Assembly: GCF_017744255.1 (NCBI RefSeq)
Contig: NZ_JAGHQP010000004.1
Location: 20,010-52,009, forward strand
Direction of reading: 5' to 3'
DNA length: 32,000 bases
Source of the DNA: Brevundimonas sp. A19_0
Lineage (GTDB): Bacteria > Pseudomonadota > Alphaproteobacteria > Caulobacterales > Caulobacteraceae
In this document: positions 1-7,306 of the stretch, one piece after another
How positions within the stretch are numbered: position 1 is the stretch's first letter
Layout of the letters: each line of letters begins with the position of its first letter
The notes under the pieces: model-generated
The model's input: only the letters and a program-made list of their open reading frames with translations
What the model was told of the DNA's origin: nothing
Database searches by the model: none
Position numbers and translations under genes: made by a program

Positions 1-3000
1 GGGCATAGGTTCGGGTAGTCATGCCCGCCATCGGATAGTCGTAGGCGGGGTTGGAGCTCTCTCTGGAGATGATCTGGCCGGAAGGATTGGACGCAAATGA
101 CCAGGTCACGTCGTTTGTGGTTCCGGCCAGATTCAAGCTCATTGACCAGTTGCGGCTGTTGGGGACGTAAGCAAAATTGGTCGAGCCGCCGCCCTTCTGC
201 ACGACGAGATAGCGTCCCAGGGCGTCATAGGAATAGGCTGCGAACAAGCCGGTGCCGGAGGGGGACCCCGCATTGTCCCAAGCCAGGACCATGCGGTTGG
301 CGAGATCCCACTCATACTCCGCCGCCGCCCCGCCCGGCCAGGTCAGGCGGGTGCGTTGCCCCACCAGATCGTAGGCCGAGGTCAGGGTGCGACCGTAAGT
401 CGTCTCGGTGATCGGTCGGCCGAGGGCGTCCCAGGTCCAGACCACGCCATCCCCCGTCGTAGCGTTGGTGAACCGTGCCGACAGCCGGCGATCCAGATTG
501 TCGTAGGTGGTGAAGACGTCATTGGCCGTGCCGCTGCCGGGGACAGTCTTGACCGTCTCGCGGTTCAGGGCGTCGAAGGTGTAGGTGATCTCCTGACCGT
601 CGCGCAGACGGCGGGAGGTCAGATTGTCATTGGCGTCATAGCCGTACTCTTCATAATCCGTGGCGCTGGGCGCCTGAGAGCCGATTGTCGGGTTGGGAAA
701 GTACAGGCGGTAAACCCGGTCAAAGCCGTCATAGGCATAGTCGGAGCGATTGCCGTTGGCGTCCTCGACCCAGTCAATCTGGCCGTTCATCGTCCACGCC
801 TGCGTGCGGGTGGCCTGTTCCAGGGTGGGGTGGCCTACTGCACTTCGCACGACGGTGAGGCGGTCGGCCTCGTCATAGGTATTTTGGGTAATCCGGTCGC
901 CACCGAAGGCCCCGACCGAACCGCGCGTGCACGCCGAACCCGGCAAGCTGCCGTACTCGGCCGGGTTCATTCGTACTGCGGTGCAAAGCAAAAGGCCTTC
1001 ATCATCATAGGTATATTGAATCACGCTGATCGTGCCGCTGCCCAGAACCTGATCTTCGCGGGCCTTGCGGGCCTGGGCATCATACGCCGTCACGCTCTTG
1101 CTCAGCACCGTCATGGCGGCAAGAGCGGCATCGGATTGGGCCGTGGCGGAACCTTGCCGGACCTCGAGCGGCTGGCCGTCAGCGTTGTAGACGGTGCGCG
1201 TGGCCGGATAGGGCAGCGGCCCCGCGCCGTCGGGATCCGGCGCGATCGTGCCGGTTGGCCGGCGCATCACGTCGTAGGCGTACCAGGTGGTGTCGGCCGT
1301 GCCCGCCAGCGGGCCGTCGACGGTGCGGACATTGCCGACGGCGTCATAGGTCATGGTCGTGGTGGCCGAAAGCGTTCCCGCCCCATTGCGCGCCGTGGTC
1401 GAAACGGGCCGCAGATTGCTGCCGGTGGAGACATCGCCGACCTCGTAGGCCGTCGTGGTGACGACTTCATCGGCCGTGCCATTGCAACCTGGCGACGGGG
1501 CGGCGGTGGCACAGGCCGAGGTCTCGGTCTGAACCCAGACCGGCGTAGGGGCCTGCACGAACCCCGGTGTGCCGGCGACCTTGTACCAGGCGTACTGAGG
1601 GGTCCAGGTGAAGCGGGTCTGGGGCCGCGCCGCGCCCGATGTCGGAGCCGGACGGGTGGCTGTCAGAGGCAGGCCCGTGGTGGCGTCATAGGTGAAGTTG
1701 GTGACATTGCCCCGGGCATCCGTGATCGAATCCGGCTGTAGGCACAGCACGGCATTGACGCTGCAGTCCGGATAGTGGGCAGTCGACTCGCGCGGGCTGA
1801 GGCCCGAACCGGGCTTGGGCGTGGTGAGGATGCTTGTGACGGCGCCGTTCGGATTGCGACCGATTGTGACGCTGTTGCCTTCGGGGAGCTCGGCGAAGCG
1901 CAGGCCGCCACCACTCTGAAAGATGTCGGTCTGCTGGTTCATACCGTTCTTGATCCAGACCAGGGAGGGCGTGAACTGCTCTTCCTGGGTGGTCGGCGAC
2001 GTCCAGACCGTGTAGCCCAACCAGGCGATGTGGTACTCGCTCGTCTGGCTATTGGGGTCGGTGACCGTTGTACTGAGCTGATAGGAGCCCTGGGGCGGAC
2101 TGCATGGGGCGGGCGCAGGCGCACAGTAGGTCTCATAAGCGTAGGTCCAGGTCCCGCGTCCGTCGCTGGCCGAAGTGACGACGGTGCCGCGCCCCCGCAC
2201 GAAGCTGTAGCCGTAGGTGATGGAGTTGCCCGTTGTCTGGGTCGGGCGAGATACGCCCACCGGCAAGTCCAGACCGGGTGTCGTGCCGCTCAGAGTAATG
2301 CGGGTCGTCGCGTTGGTGGCGTCCGTCACGCGACGTTCGTTGCCCACGCTGGAGAAGGTCAGGCTGGGCCAGGACGTGCCGCCGGGGCAGGCGCCCCCCA
2401 CCGGACACACGGTGTTGTTGACCGCTGTTACGACCTGATCGCCGGAGGTATTGGTCGTGAACCTCAGCTCATAGCCCAGGTTGTTGCGGATCGAGCCCGT
2501 TTCGAAGGTGATGACTTCGCCATTTAGTCGCGTGATGGTCTGAACGGGTGTGCCCACAGGTGTCGGGCTGGCAGCGGGAAAGACCGCGACCGCGCCGTCG
2601 ACGGATACATAGGTGAAACTGCCGTCGGTTTCCTCGGTCAGCGCGCCGAAGCCGTCGATGAGCTCGAACGTCGGACCGTCGCACTCCTCCCTCTGGAACA
2701 CGTTGGAACTGCCCAGGTACACGACGGTGTAGAGGGCAAAGCAGCTGCTCTCCTTGTTGATCGTGCGGGAGAGGCTGGTCAATGTGCTGTAGCGCCAGGC
2801 TTCCTTCTGCGTGTCCCAGGTCGCCGAGAAGGATAGTCCGCCCGCTGCGGGATCGCCGATGCTGATGGCGGGAGATGAGATCTGCGCCGTGCCGCTGATC
2901 ACATCGACGCCGAGGGGGCCGACCTGTTCATAAACGGGAGGAGCCTCAAGAGTGGTCTGGGCCGAGGCGGGTAGGACCGCGACGCCAAGCGCTGCGGCAC

Positions 3001-3055
3001 CGGCCATAACTGCCAGCAGGAGGCGGCGGGCGTGAGACAGACCGAACATCTTCAT
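1..3055 (-). CDS. RHS / YD-repeat family protein, N-terminal ~1018 codons (3' end beyond the left edge)
   Basis: Absent from the ORF track because it has no in-window stop. My reverse-complement translation from ATG 3055..3053 gives MKMFGLSHARRLLLAVMAGAAALGVAVLPASAQTT, a Sec-type signal. The frame then stays open to the window edge and contains many YD units: YTYDDEGLL, YAYDGFDRV, YGYDANDNL, YTFDALNRE, TTYDNLDRR, WTWDALGRP, SAYDLVGQR, YSYDALGRY. The ATG overlaps the upstream gene's TGA (ATGA at 3052-3055). Confidence 0.85.
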   Translation of the reverse strand, partial: MKMFGLSHARRLLLAVMAGAAALGVAVLPASAQTTLEAPPVYEQVGPLGVDVISGTAQISSPAISIGDPAAGGLSFSATWDTQKEAWRYSTLTSLSRTINKESSCFALYTVVYLGSSNVFQREECDGPTFELIDGFGALTEETDGSFTYVSVDGAVAVFPAASPTPVGTPVQTITRLNGEVITFETGSIRNNLGYELRFTTNTSGDQVVTAVNNTVCPVGGACPGGTSWPSLTFSSVGNERRVTDATNATTRITLSGTTPGLDLPVGVSRPTQTTGNSITYGYSFVRGRGTVVTSASDGRGTWTYAYETYCAPAPAPCSPPQGSYQLSTTVTDPNSQTSEYHIAWLGYTVWTSPTTQEEQFTPSLVWIKNGMNQQTDIFQSGGGLRFAELPEGNSVTIGRNPNGAVTSILTTPKPGSGLSPRESTAHYPDCSVNAVLCLQPDSITDARGNVTNFTYDATTGLPLTATRPAPTSGAARPQTRFTWTPQYAWYKVAGTPGFVQAPTPVWVQTETSACATAAPSPGCNGTADEVVTTTAYEVGDVSTGSNLRPVSTTARNGAGTLSATTTMTYDAVGNVRTVDGPLAGTADTTWYAYDVMRRPTGTIAPDPDGAGPLPYPATRTVYNADGQPLEVRQGSATAQSDAALAAMTVLSKSVTAYDAQARKAREDQVLGSGTISVIQYTYDDEGLLLCTAVRMNPAEYGSLPGSACTRGSVGAFGGDRITQNTYDEADRLTVVRSAVGHPTLEQATRTQAWTMNGQIDWVEDANGNRSDYAYDGFDRVYRLYFPNPTIGSQAPSATDYEEYGYDANDNLTSRRLRDGQEITYTFDALNRETVKTVPGSGTANDVFTTYDNLDRRLSARFTNATTGDGVVWTWDALGRPITETTYGRTLTSAYDLVGQRTRLTWPGGAAAEYEWDLANRMVLAWDNAGSPSGTGLFAAYSYDALGRYLVVQKGGGSTNFAYVPNSRNWSMSLNLAGTTNDVTWSFASNPSGQIISRESSNPAYDYPMAGMTTRTYA

Positions 3056-3606
3056 CCTCCCGGGTTCCAGCCGACTGTCACGGTTCCGGTGTAGGCCACG
3101 GCCGCAGCGCCGTCGGTAACCTTGCAGCGCCAGTTGGCGAACTTGGGCGGGGTCGAGAGGGACCCTGTCCACTCAAAGGCTGTATTGGCCGAGGTAATGC
3201 TGGTCGGAACGATCAGTGCCGAGCCGCCCGTACGCTCCCAGAGATAGGTGTAGGGTGCTGTCCCGCCGCTGGCCGTGACGTAGGCCTGGGCCGACGGCCC
3301 ATATCCCGTGCCGGAGATCGAGGTCGGGGTAACCGATGCCGACAATGGAGGCGGAGGCGGAGGTGGGGGTGGTGGAGGAGTCGCTGCTGCCGCAACCTGG
3401 GTCCGGTTGCCCGCTGGGTCGTAGGTGTAGGTGATCGTGACGCCACTCGGATAGGCCGCAGAGATCAGACGGCCCAAATCGTCGTAGGTGTAAACCACGG
3501 GGTCCTTGGCGCTCGCGCGGCCGGCTCGACCGAAGGTGAGCAAGGCCAGCCCCGAGGCCAGAGACAGCAACGCAGTCCGACGTTCGTTTCGCAAGTTACC
3601 CCCCAT
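3052..3606 (-). CDS. Small secreted YD-repeat / poly-proline / Ig-like-domain protein, first gene of the RHS operon
   Basis: 184-aa ORF. It has an N-terminal signal-like segment (ALLSLASGLALLTFGRAGRASA) and one YD-repeat pair (VVYTYDDLGRLISAAYPSGVTITYTYDPAGNRTQV). A proline run follows, then a beta-rich C-terminal module with the motif GGTAPYTYLWE, which resembles PKD/Ig-type repeats. The stop overlaps the RHS start. Confidence 0.75.
   Translation of the reverse strand: MGGNLRNERRTALLSLASGLALLTFGRAGRASAKDPVVYTYDDLGRLISAAYPSGVTITYTYDPAGNRTQVAAAATPPPPPPPPPPPLSASVTPTSISGTGYGPSAQAYVTASGGTAPYTYLWERTGGSALIVPTSITSANTAFEWTGSLSTPPKFANWRCKVTDGAAAVAYTGTVTVGWNPGG
3346..3378 (-). repeat. CCN x11 tract encoding a poly-proline linker
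   Basis: The plus-strand run tgg agg cgg agg cgg agg tgg ggg tgg tgg agg reads as 11 consecutive Pro codons on the minus strand, in the frame of the 3052..3606 ORF. Confidence 0.9.
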
Positions 3607-3641
3607 CCCCGAGCTAACGCAAAGGTAGCGTCACTGCATTT

Positions 3642-3676
3642 CGAAGATGCGTCAACCTGACGAAGATGTAAGTCAA
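3642..3676. promoter_or_regulatory. Two direct repeats (CGAAGATG-n-GTCAA) upstream of the YD/RHS operon; possible regulator binding site
   Basis: cgaagatg occurs at 3642-3649 and 3661-3668. Each copy is followed by gtcaa (3651-3655 and 3672-3676). The spacing is about two helical turns, in the 107-bp gap between the lipoprotein gene and the YD gene. Confidence 0.25.
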
Positions 3677-3713
3677 TCCTGGTCGCCGAGCGCTTCCCCG
3701 GAGTGTGGCCCGG

Positions 3714-4016
3714 TTAGAACCCGCGTTCGTTCATCTGTTGGCCACACCTCAGAGCGTTGTGGGTAAGTCCGAAGCCCATGGCATTCCCGTCGCTGAAGCA
3801 GCGTTCGGTCTTTCCGTCGGGCAGCGTCACGGTGAAGTACGTTCCGCCAGCTTGTGGGTCGCGGCGCGAAATCTCGATCTGCGAGGCATCGACCCCAAAA
3901 TGTGCCGCTGCCATCTGGGCAAGCCGGTCCTCCGAATACAGCATCCCCGTCGCGGTCGCGCAGCCGCTCGCGGCGAAGGAAGCCGCGAGCGCCACTCCAA
4001 GCATCTTGATACGCAT
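3714..4016 (-). CDS. Small putative lipoprotein (100 aa), function unknown
   Basis: MRIKMLGVALAASFAASGC has a signal peptide plus a lipobox-like ASGC. The sequence GGGAGAGAA lies upstream of ATG 4016. Third-position GC fits this frame better than the four overlapping alternative ORFs. The track ORF opens at 4031. Confidence 0.65.
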   Translation of the reverse strand: MRIKMLGVALAASFAASGCATATGMLYSEDRLAQMAAAHFGVDASQIEISRRDPQAGGTYFTVTLPDGKTERCFSDGNAMGFGLTHNALRCGQQMNERGF

Positions 4017-4037
4017 GTCTTTCTCTCCCAAAGCTCC

Positions 4038-4072
4038 AATATATGAAGATCATATATTCGATAGTCGAATAT
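4038..4072. promoter_or_regulatory. Two overlapping perfect palindromes in an AT-rich divergent promoter region; likely operator(s) for the adjacent XRE regulator
   Basis: AATATATGA-aga-TCATATATT (4038-4058) has 9-bp arms. ATATTCGA-tag-TCGAATAT (4054-4072) has 8-bp arms. They sit between the divergently oriented lipoprotein gene (start 4016) and the XRE gene (start 4107). Confidence 0.55.
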
Positions 4073-4106
4073 AAGGGAAGAGCTGGTTTCGATTCAGGGC
4101 CAGCTT

Positions 4107-4364
4107 ATGCCGAAGACTGTCCATTCCGACGCCGGTGCGTCGGTGCTCCGCGTCCTCATTGAGGCGCGCAAGACGGCCGGAGTAACGCAGGCGGAACTAG
4201 CCCGGCGCGTGGGAAGTCAGCAGCCAGTGATTTCGCTCATTGAACGTGGGGTGCGGCGCGTGGATGTGGTGGAGTTCTACGTGCTTGCCCGGGCCATAGG
4301 GGCAGATCCGGTTGACCTCTTCCGGAAGGCCGGAAGCGGCATTCCACTCTCGCAGTCCCTGTAG
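4107..4364 (+). CDS. XRE/Cro-C1 family helix-turn-helix transcriptional regulator (85 aa)
   Basis: LRVLIEARKTAGVTQAELARRVGSQQPVISLIERGVRRVDVVEFYVLARAIGADP is the classic HTH_3 pattern (GxTQxELA...S.IE.G.R). Confidence 0.85.
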   Translation: MPKTVHSDAGASVLRVLIEARKTAGVTQAELARRVGSQQPVISLIERGVRRVDVVEFYVLARAIGADPVDLFRKAGSGIPLSQSL

Positions 4365-4443
4365 CTGTCAAAGTCCGTCTCGGCCTTCTGTCCCGCGCCT
4401 CTCGTCCGAGGCGGCGGGGCTCGAATATCGCCACGCCATCGGT

Positions 4444-5193
4444 GTGACGGAAGAGGCACTCGAAGAGGTGCTGGATGCCAATCGCGTGCGCTACTGCGGC
4501 ACACTTGACGACGTTATGGGCTTTGACCTCGCTCCGCCGATCGAAGCCGCGATGGCCGAAGGTCCGGAAGTGCGCACACCGCCGCAAAGGGAGGAGCGTC
4601 CGCGTGTCGCGTTGCCAGAAGAGCCGTCTGACGCCGTTGAGCCTCGTGTCTCCGCGCTGCGCCCTGCGCCGGAGCCGCGCGAGCTTGGAAAGGGTGGATC
4701 GCAGCATCGCTATGTCCAGCACCTGGTGAAGGGGCTAGCCGAAGAGCGGGGGTTCCGGGCTGTGATTGAGGAGGCCGTTGAAGGCGGTCAGGTCGACGTC
4801 GCTCTCTACCGAGACGACCTCTCGATTGCGTGCGAGATTTCCGTGACCTCGACCGCCCAATACGAAGCTCAAAACCTCGCCAAATGCGCCCAGGCGGGGT
4901 TCTCGCGCGTTCTCGCCATTGCGGCTGACGCGAAGCGCCTGAAAGCCATTGAAACCGCCGCCAGGGCCCGTCTGTCGGACGAGGAGATGGGCTGCATCGA
5001 CTTCCTCACGCCGGAGCACGTCGCCGCAGCGCTGGATGCCTTCGCGGCGCCAAGCGAGGAAGCGAGCGTGGTTCGCGGCTATCGGGTGAAGGTGTCCCGC
5101 ACCATCGTCGGTGCAGATGAGGCGAAGGACCGCAGAAGCGCCATCGCCCGGGTCATCGCTCAATCCATGCGCGGTCTTCCGCAGGACAAGTAG
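4444..5193 (+). CDS. Hypothetical protein with a PD-(D/E)xK (restriction-endonuclease-like) core motif; start uncertain
   Basis: The ORF is open from 4312, but its first ~44 codons look non-coding. In-frame candidates are GTG 4444 and ATG 4516. The core is GGSQHRYVQHLVKGLAEERGFRAVIEEAVEGGQVDVALYRDDLSIACEISVTSTAQYEAQNLAKC. The pattern E...D-V-(x)n-E-I-S...E..N..K resembles nuclease-fold proteins (Asp codon within 4792-4800, Glu 4834-4836). Codon usage is good throughout. Confidence 0.6.
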   Translation: MTEEALEEVLDANRVRYCGTLDDVMGFDLAPPIEAAMAEGPEVRTPPQREERPRVALPEEPSDAVEPRVSALRPAPEPRELGKGGSQHRYVQHLVKGLAEERGFRAVIEEAVEGGQVDVALYRDDLSIACEISVTSTAQYEAQNLAKCAQAGFSRVLAIAADAKRLKAIETAARARLSDEEMGCIDFLTPEHVAAALDAFAAPSEEASVVRGYRVKVSRTIVGADEAKDRRSAIARVIAQSMRGLPQDK

Positions 5194-5204
5194 CACTTCA
5201 TGAA

Positions 5205-6443
5205 GTGCCCCCGGGCCAAACCTTGGCCGAGGCGCACACTGCTGGGATGCCGAGCGACCCGGGGAAGGCAGTCTCATACTTCGGCAGAACCAACTTCCAT
5301 CGCCGCGGTCAGCGTTTCGGCATACGGCAGGCAGACCGGCTGTCGCATGTGTATGTGATCGGCAAGACCGGCGTCGGCAAATCTACGCTGCTTGAGGTGC
5401 TGGCGAGTCAGGACCTAGCGGCCGGACGCGGGTTCGCTCTCATCGACCCGCATGGCGACTTGGCCGAGCGTCTTCGCGATGCGGCGCAGCCGATCCTCGG
5501 CGGCCAGCTCAACTATCTGGACGCCGCCGATCCAAACCAACCCCTCGGCTATAATCCGCTTCGCCGGGTCCGGGACGACAAGATTCCGCTCGCAGTCTCT
5601 GGCTTCCTTGAGGCCCTCAAGAAGCTATGGCCGGACGCGTGGGGCGTACGCATGGAGCATGTGCTTCGCAACAGCCTTTACGCGCTCCTGGAGCGAGACG
5701 ACTCAACACTACCGGACATCCTCGGCCTCTATTCGGATGAGACATTTAGAAAGCAGGTGACCGGCAGGATCCGGAATGAGGTGGTGCGCCGATATTGGTC
5801 GCACGAGTTTGCCAAATATCCGGACCGCCTTCGGGTCGAAGCCTGCGCACCCATCCAGAACAAGCTCGGCGCTCTCTTGACCGATCCGCGCCTCTACCGT
5901 GTTCTGGTCGCTCCCGAGCGCCACATCCGGTTCCGCAAGATTATGGACGAGGGCGGGGCGCTGGTCGTGAACCTGGCCAAGGGACGGCTTGGCGAGGACG
6001 GCGCGGCGCTCCTGGGCGGCTTCATCGCCTCGACCATCGGGCTCGCGGGTCTGAGCCGCGCGGACGCGCCGGCCGCGGATCGCCGTCCCTTCTTTTTCTA
6101 CATCGACGAGTTCCAGAGCTTCACCACGCTCGCGTTCGTGAATATGCTCCCGGAACTGCGCAAATACGGCGTCGGTCTGACCCTCGCGCACCAGCACCTG
6201 AACCAGCTGGAGCCGGACATCCGCCACGCCGTGCTCGGGAACGTCGGCACCGTCATCTCATTCCGCGTCGGTGCCGAAGACGCTGCGGTAATGGCGAGAG
6301 AATTTCAGCCGACCTTCGATGTGCTTGACCTGATCGGCTTGGCCAACCGCGACATGTATCTGAAACTCATGATCGACGGCGCGCCGAGCCCGCCGTTCAG
6401 TGCTCGCTCCATCGATCCCGTTCTGCCAACTGCGAACGGTTGA
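5205..6443 (+). CDS. Soluble P-loop ATPase of the TraD/VirD4 coupling-protein / HerA-FtsK type (AAA_10 / TraG-D_C-like)
   Basis: Motifs seen: Walker A VIGKTGVGKST (~5361-5387); DPHGDL just downstream; GYNPL; Walker B RPFFFYIDEFQSF (~6090-6116); and a C-terminal LTLAHQHLNQL...GNVGTVISFRVG, as in T4CP C-terminal domains. No transmembrane N-terminus. Start is GTG 5205 or ATG 5247. Confidence 0.75.
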   Translation: MPPGQTLAEAHTAGMPSDPGKAVSYFGRTNFHRRGQRFGIRQADRLSHVYVIGKTGVGKSTLLEVLASQDLAAGRGFALIDPHGDLAERLRDAAQPILGGQLNYLDAADPNQPLGYNPLRRVRDDKIPLAVSGFLEALKKLWPDAWGVRMEHVLRNSLYALLERDDSTLPDILGLYSDETFRKQVTGRIRNEVVRRYWSHEFAKYPDRLRVEACAPIQNKLGALLTDPRLYRVLVAPERHIRFRKIMDEGGALVVNLAKGRLGEDGAALLGGFIASTIGLAGLSRADAPAADRRPFFFYIDEFQSFTTLAFVNMLPELRKYGVGLTLAHQHLNQLEPDIRHAVLGNVGTVISFRVGAEDAAVMAREFQPTFDVLDLIGLANRDMYLKLMIDGAPSPPFSARSIDPVLPTANG

Positions 6444-6595
6444 CCCGCTGTTGGTGCATCCGACTGATGTAGTGCGGTACGCCGCCGCATGCTGCAGGTT
6501 CTGGGGACGGGTCGACAGGTTGCCGATGGCGGTGACGGAGCCGCCCTACCGCCGAGCCACGAGACTTTAGCGGCCCCGGAGGAAGAGGTGGTCAA

Positions 6596-7306
6596 ATGAA
6601 GGTCGGGGCGGCTGACGATCTTGAGCATCGGTACATGGCGAAGTTTCGCCAGTTTGCGGCCAGCTACGGAACGTTCGTGGAGTACACTTCGGATCGGGCC
6701 GGTCGGGATATCGGTTTGCACTTGACGCAGCTCGCATCGTCCGGCGGAAAGGTCGTCACCCCGGCGTTGGTTTGGTTCCAGATGAAGGGCATTCCGGCGG
6801 CGAGGCTGCCGAGGGAGGCGTTCGACGCTGCCGAGGCGGTCACGCTATCGCTCCAAACTAACCATCTACGTTTCTGGTACATCGCACCGGAGCCGTCCTA
6901 CCTCGTCGTCTATGTGGAGAGTTCCGATCAGTTCCTGGTGTTCAATATCAAGACTTGGATTTCCGAAGAGTTGGGCGAAACGGTTCTCACCACGACCCAG
7001 CAGTCTTACTCGGTCTCGATCGACAAGAAGAACATCCTCGACGACCACGCCTTCGGAATCGTTCTGAGGAGAAACTTGGTGTCGGTCGTGCGCGAACGGC
7101 TGGGCGCTGCGGACGACGCCGAAGCTCGTCGGTTTCTCGCGGCGTCTGAGGTCGTTAAGTGGATGGATGCCTGCCGCCAGCAGGGCGTCTCGACGCGTAT
7201 CGCCGTGAAGGTATGGATCACGGAGACCCGAACAGAGGTCATCTTTCTAAGCAACCCGCCGGAGCTGACGACCGGATCCCCGCTCGCGTGCACTGGCAAT
7301 ACATGA
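6596..7306 (+). CDS. DUF4365-like (PD-(D/E)xK nuclease fold) domain protein, 236 aa
   Basis: A strong RBS (GGAGGAAGAGG) precedes ATG 6596. TSDRAGRDIGLHLTQL...GKVVTPALVWFQMKG matches my memory of the DUF4365 signature (D-x-G-x-D ... v-Q-x-K), at ~6692-6721 and ~6776-6790. It is followed by HLRFWYIAPEPSYLVVYV. The family call is from memory only. Confidence 0.5.
   Translation: MKVGAADDLEHRYMAKFRQFAASYGTFVEYTSDRAGRDIGLHLTQLASSGGKVVTPALVWFQMKGIPAARLPREAFDAAEAVTLSLQTNHLRFWYIAPEPSYLVVYVESSDQFLVFNIKTWISEELGETVLTTTQQSYSVSIDKKNILDDHAFGIVLRRNLVSVVRERLGAADDAEARRFLAASEVVKWMDACRQQGVSTRIAVKVWITETRTEVIFLSNPPELTTGSPLACTGNT

Noticed and set aside
356-2527. Long plus-strand ORFs (356..1741, 1775..2527) over the left 2.5 kb
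   Set aside because: Their translations are Gly/Arg/Ala/Val-rich with no motifs. They lie exactly antisense to an uninterrupted minus-strand frame full of YD repeats. They are shadow ORFs typical of high-GC DNA.
3673-4074. Four alternative overlapping ORFs at the lipoprotein locus (3673..4053 -, 3705..4046 +, 3757..4074 +, 3827..4039 -)
   Set aside because: Only the 3714..4016 minus frame gives a signal peptide with a lipobox, an upstream GGGAGAGAA and sensible codon usage.
5205-6443. The T4CP-like ATPase as evidence of a conjugative type IV secretion system in the window
   Set aside because: It has no N-terminal transmembrane anchor. No relaxase, VirB/Trb genes or oriT-like repeats are visible in the 32 kb. 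Mobilisation remains an alternative hypothesis, but a T4SS cannot be called.
6444-6595. Possible structured RNA or terminator in the 152-bp gap after the ATPase gene
   Set aside because: Only 5-bp stems were found (TGCGG..CCGCA, GGCGG..CCGCC), with no U-tract and no repeat structure. This is insufficient to call anything beyond a probable promoter/RBS region for the gene starting at 6596.
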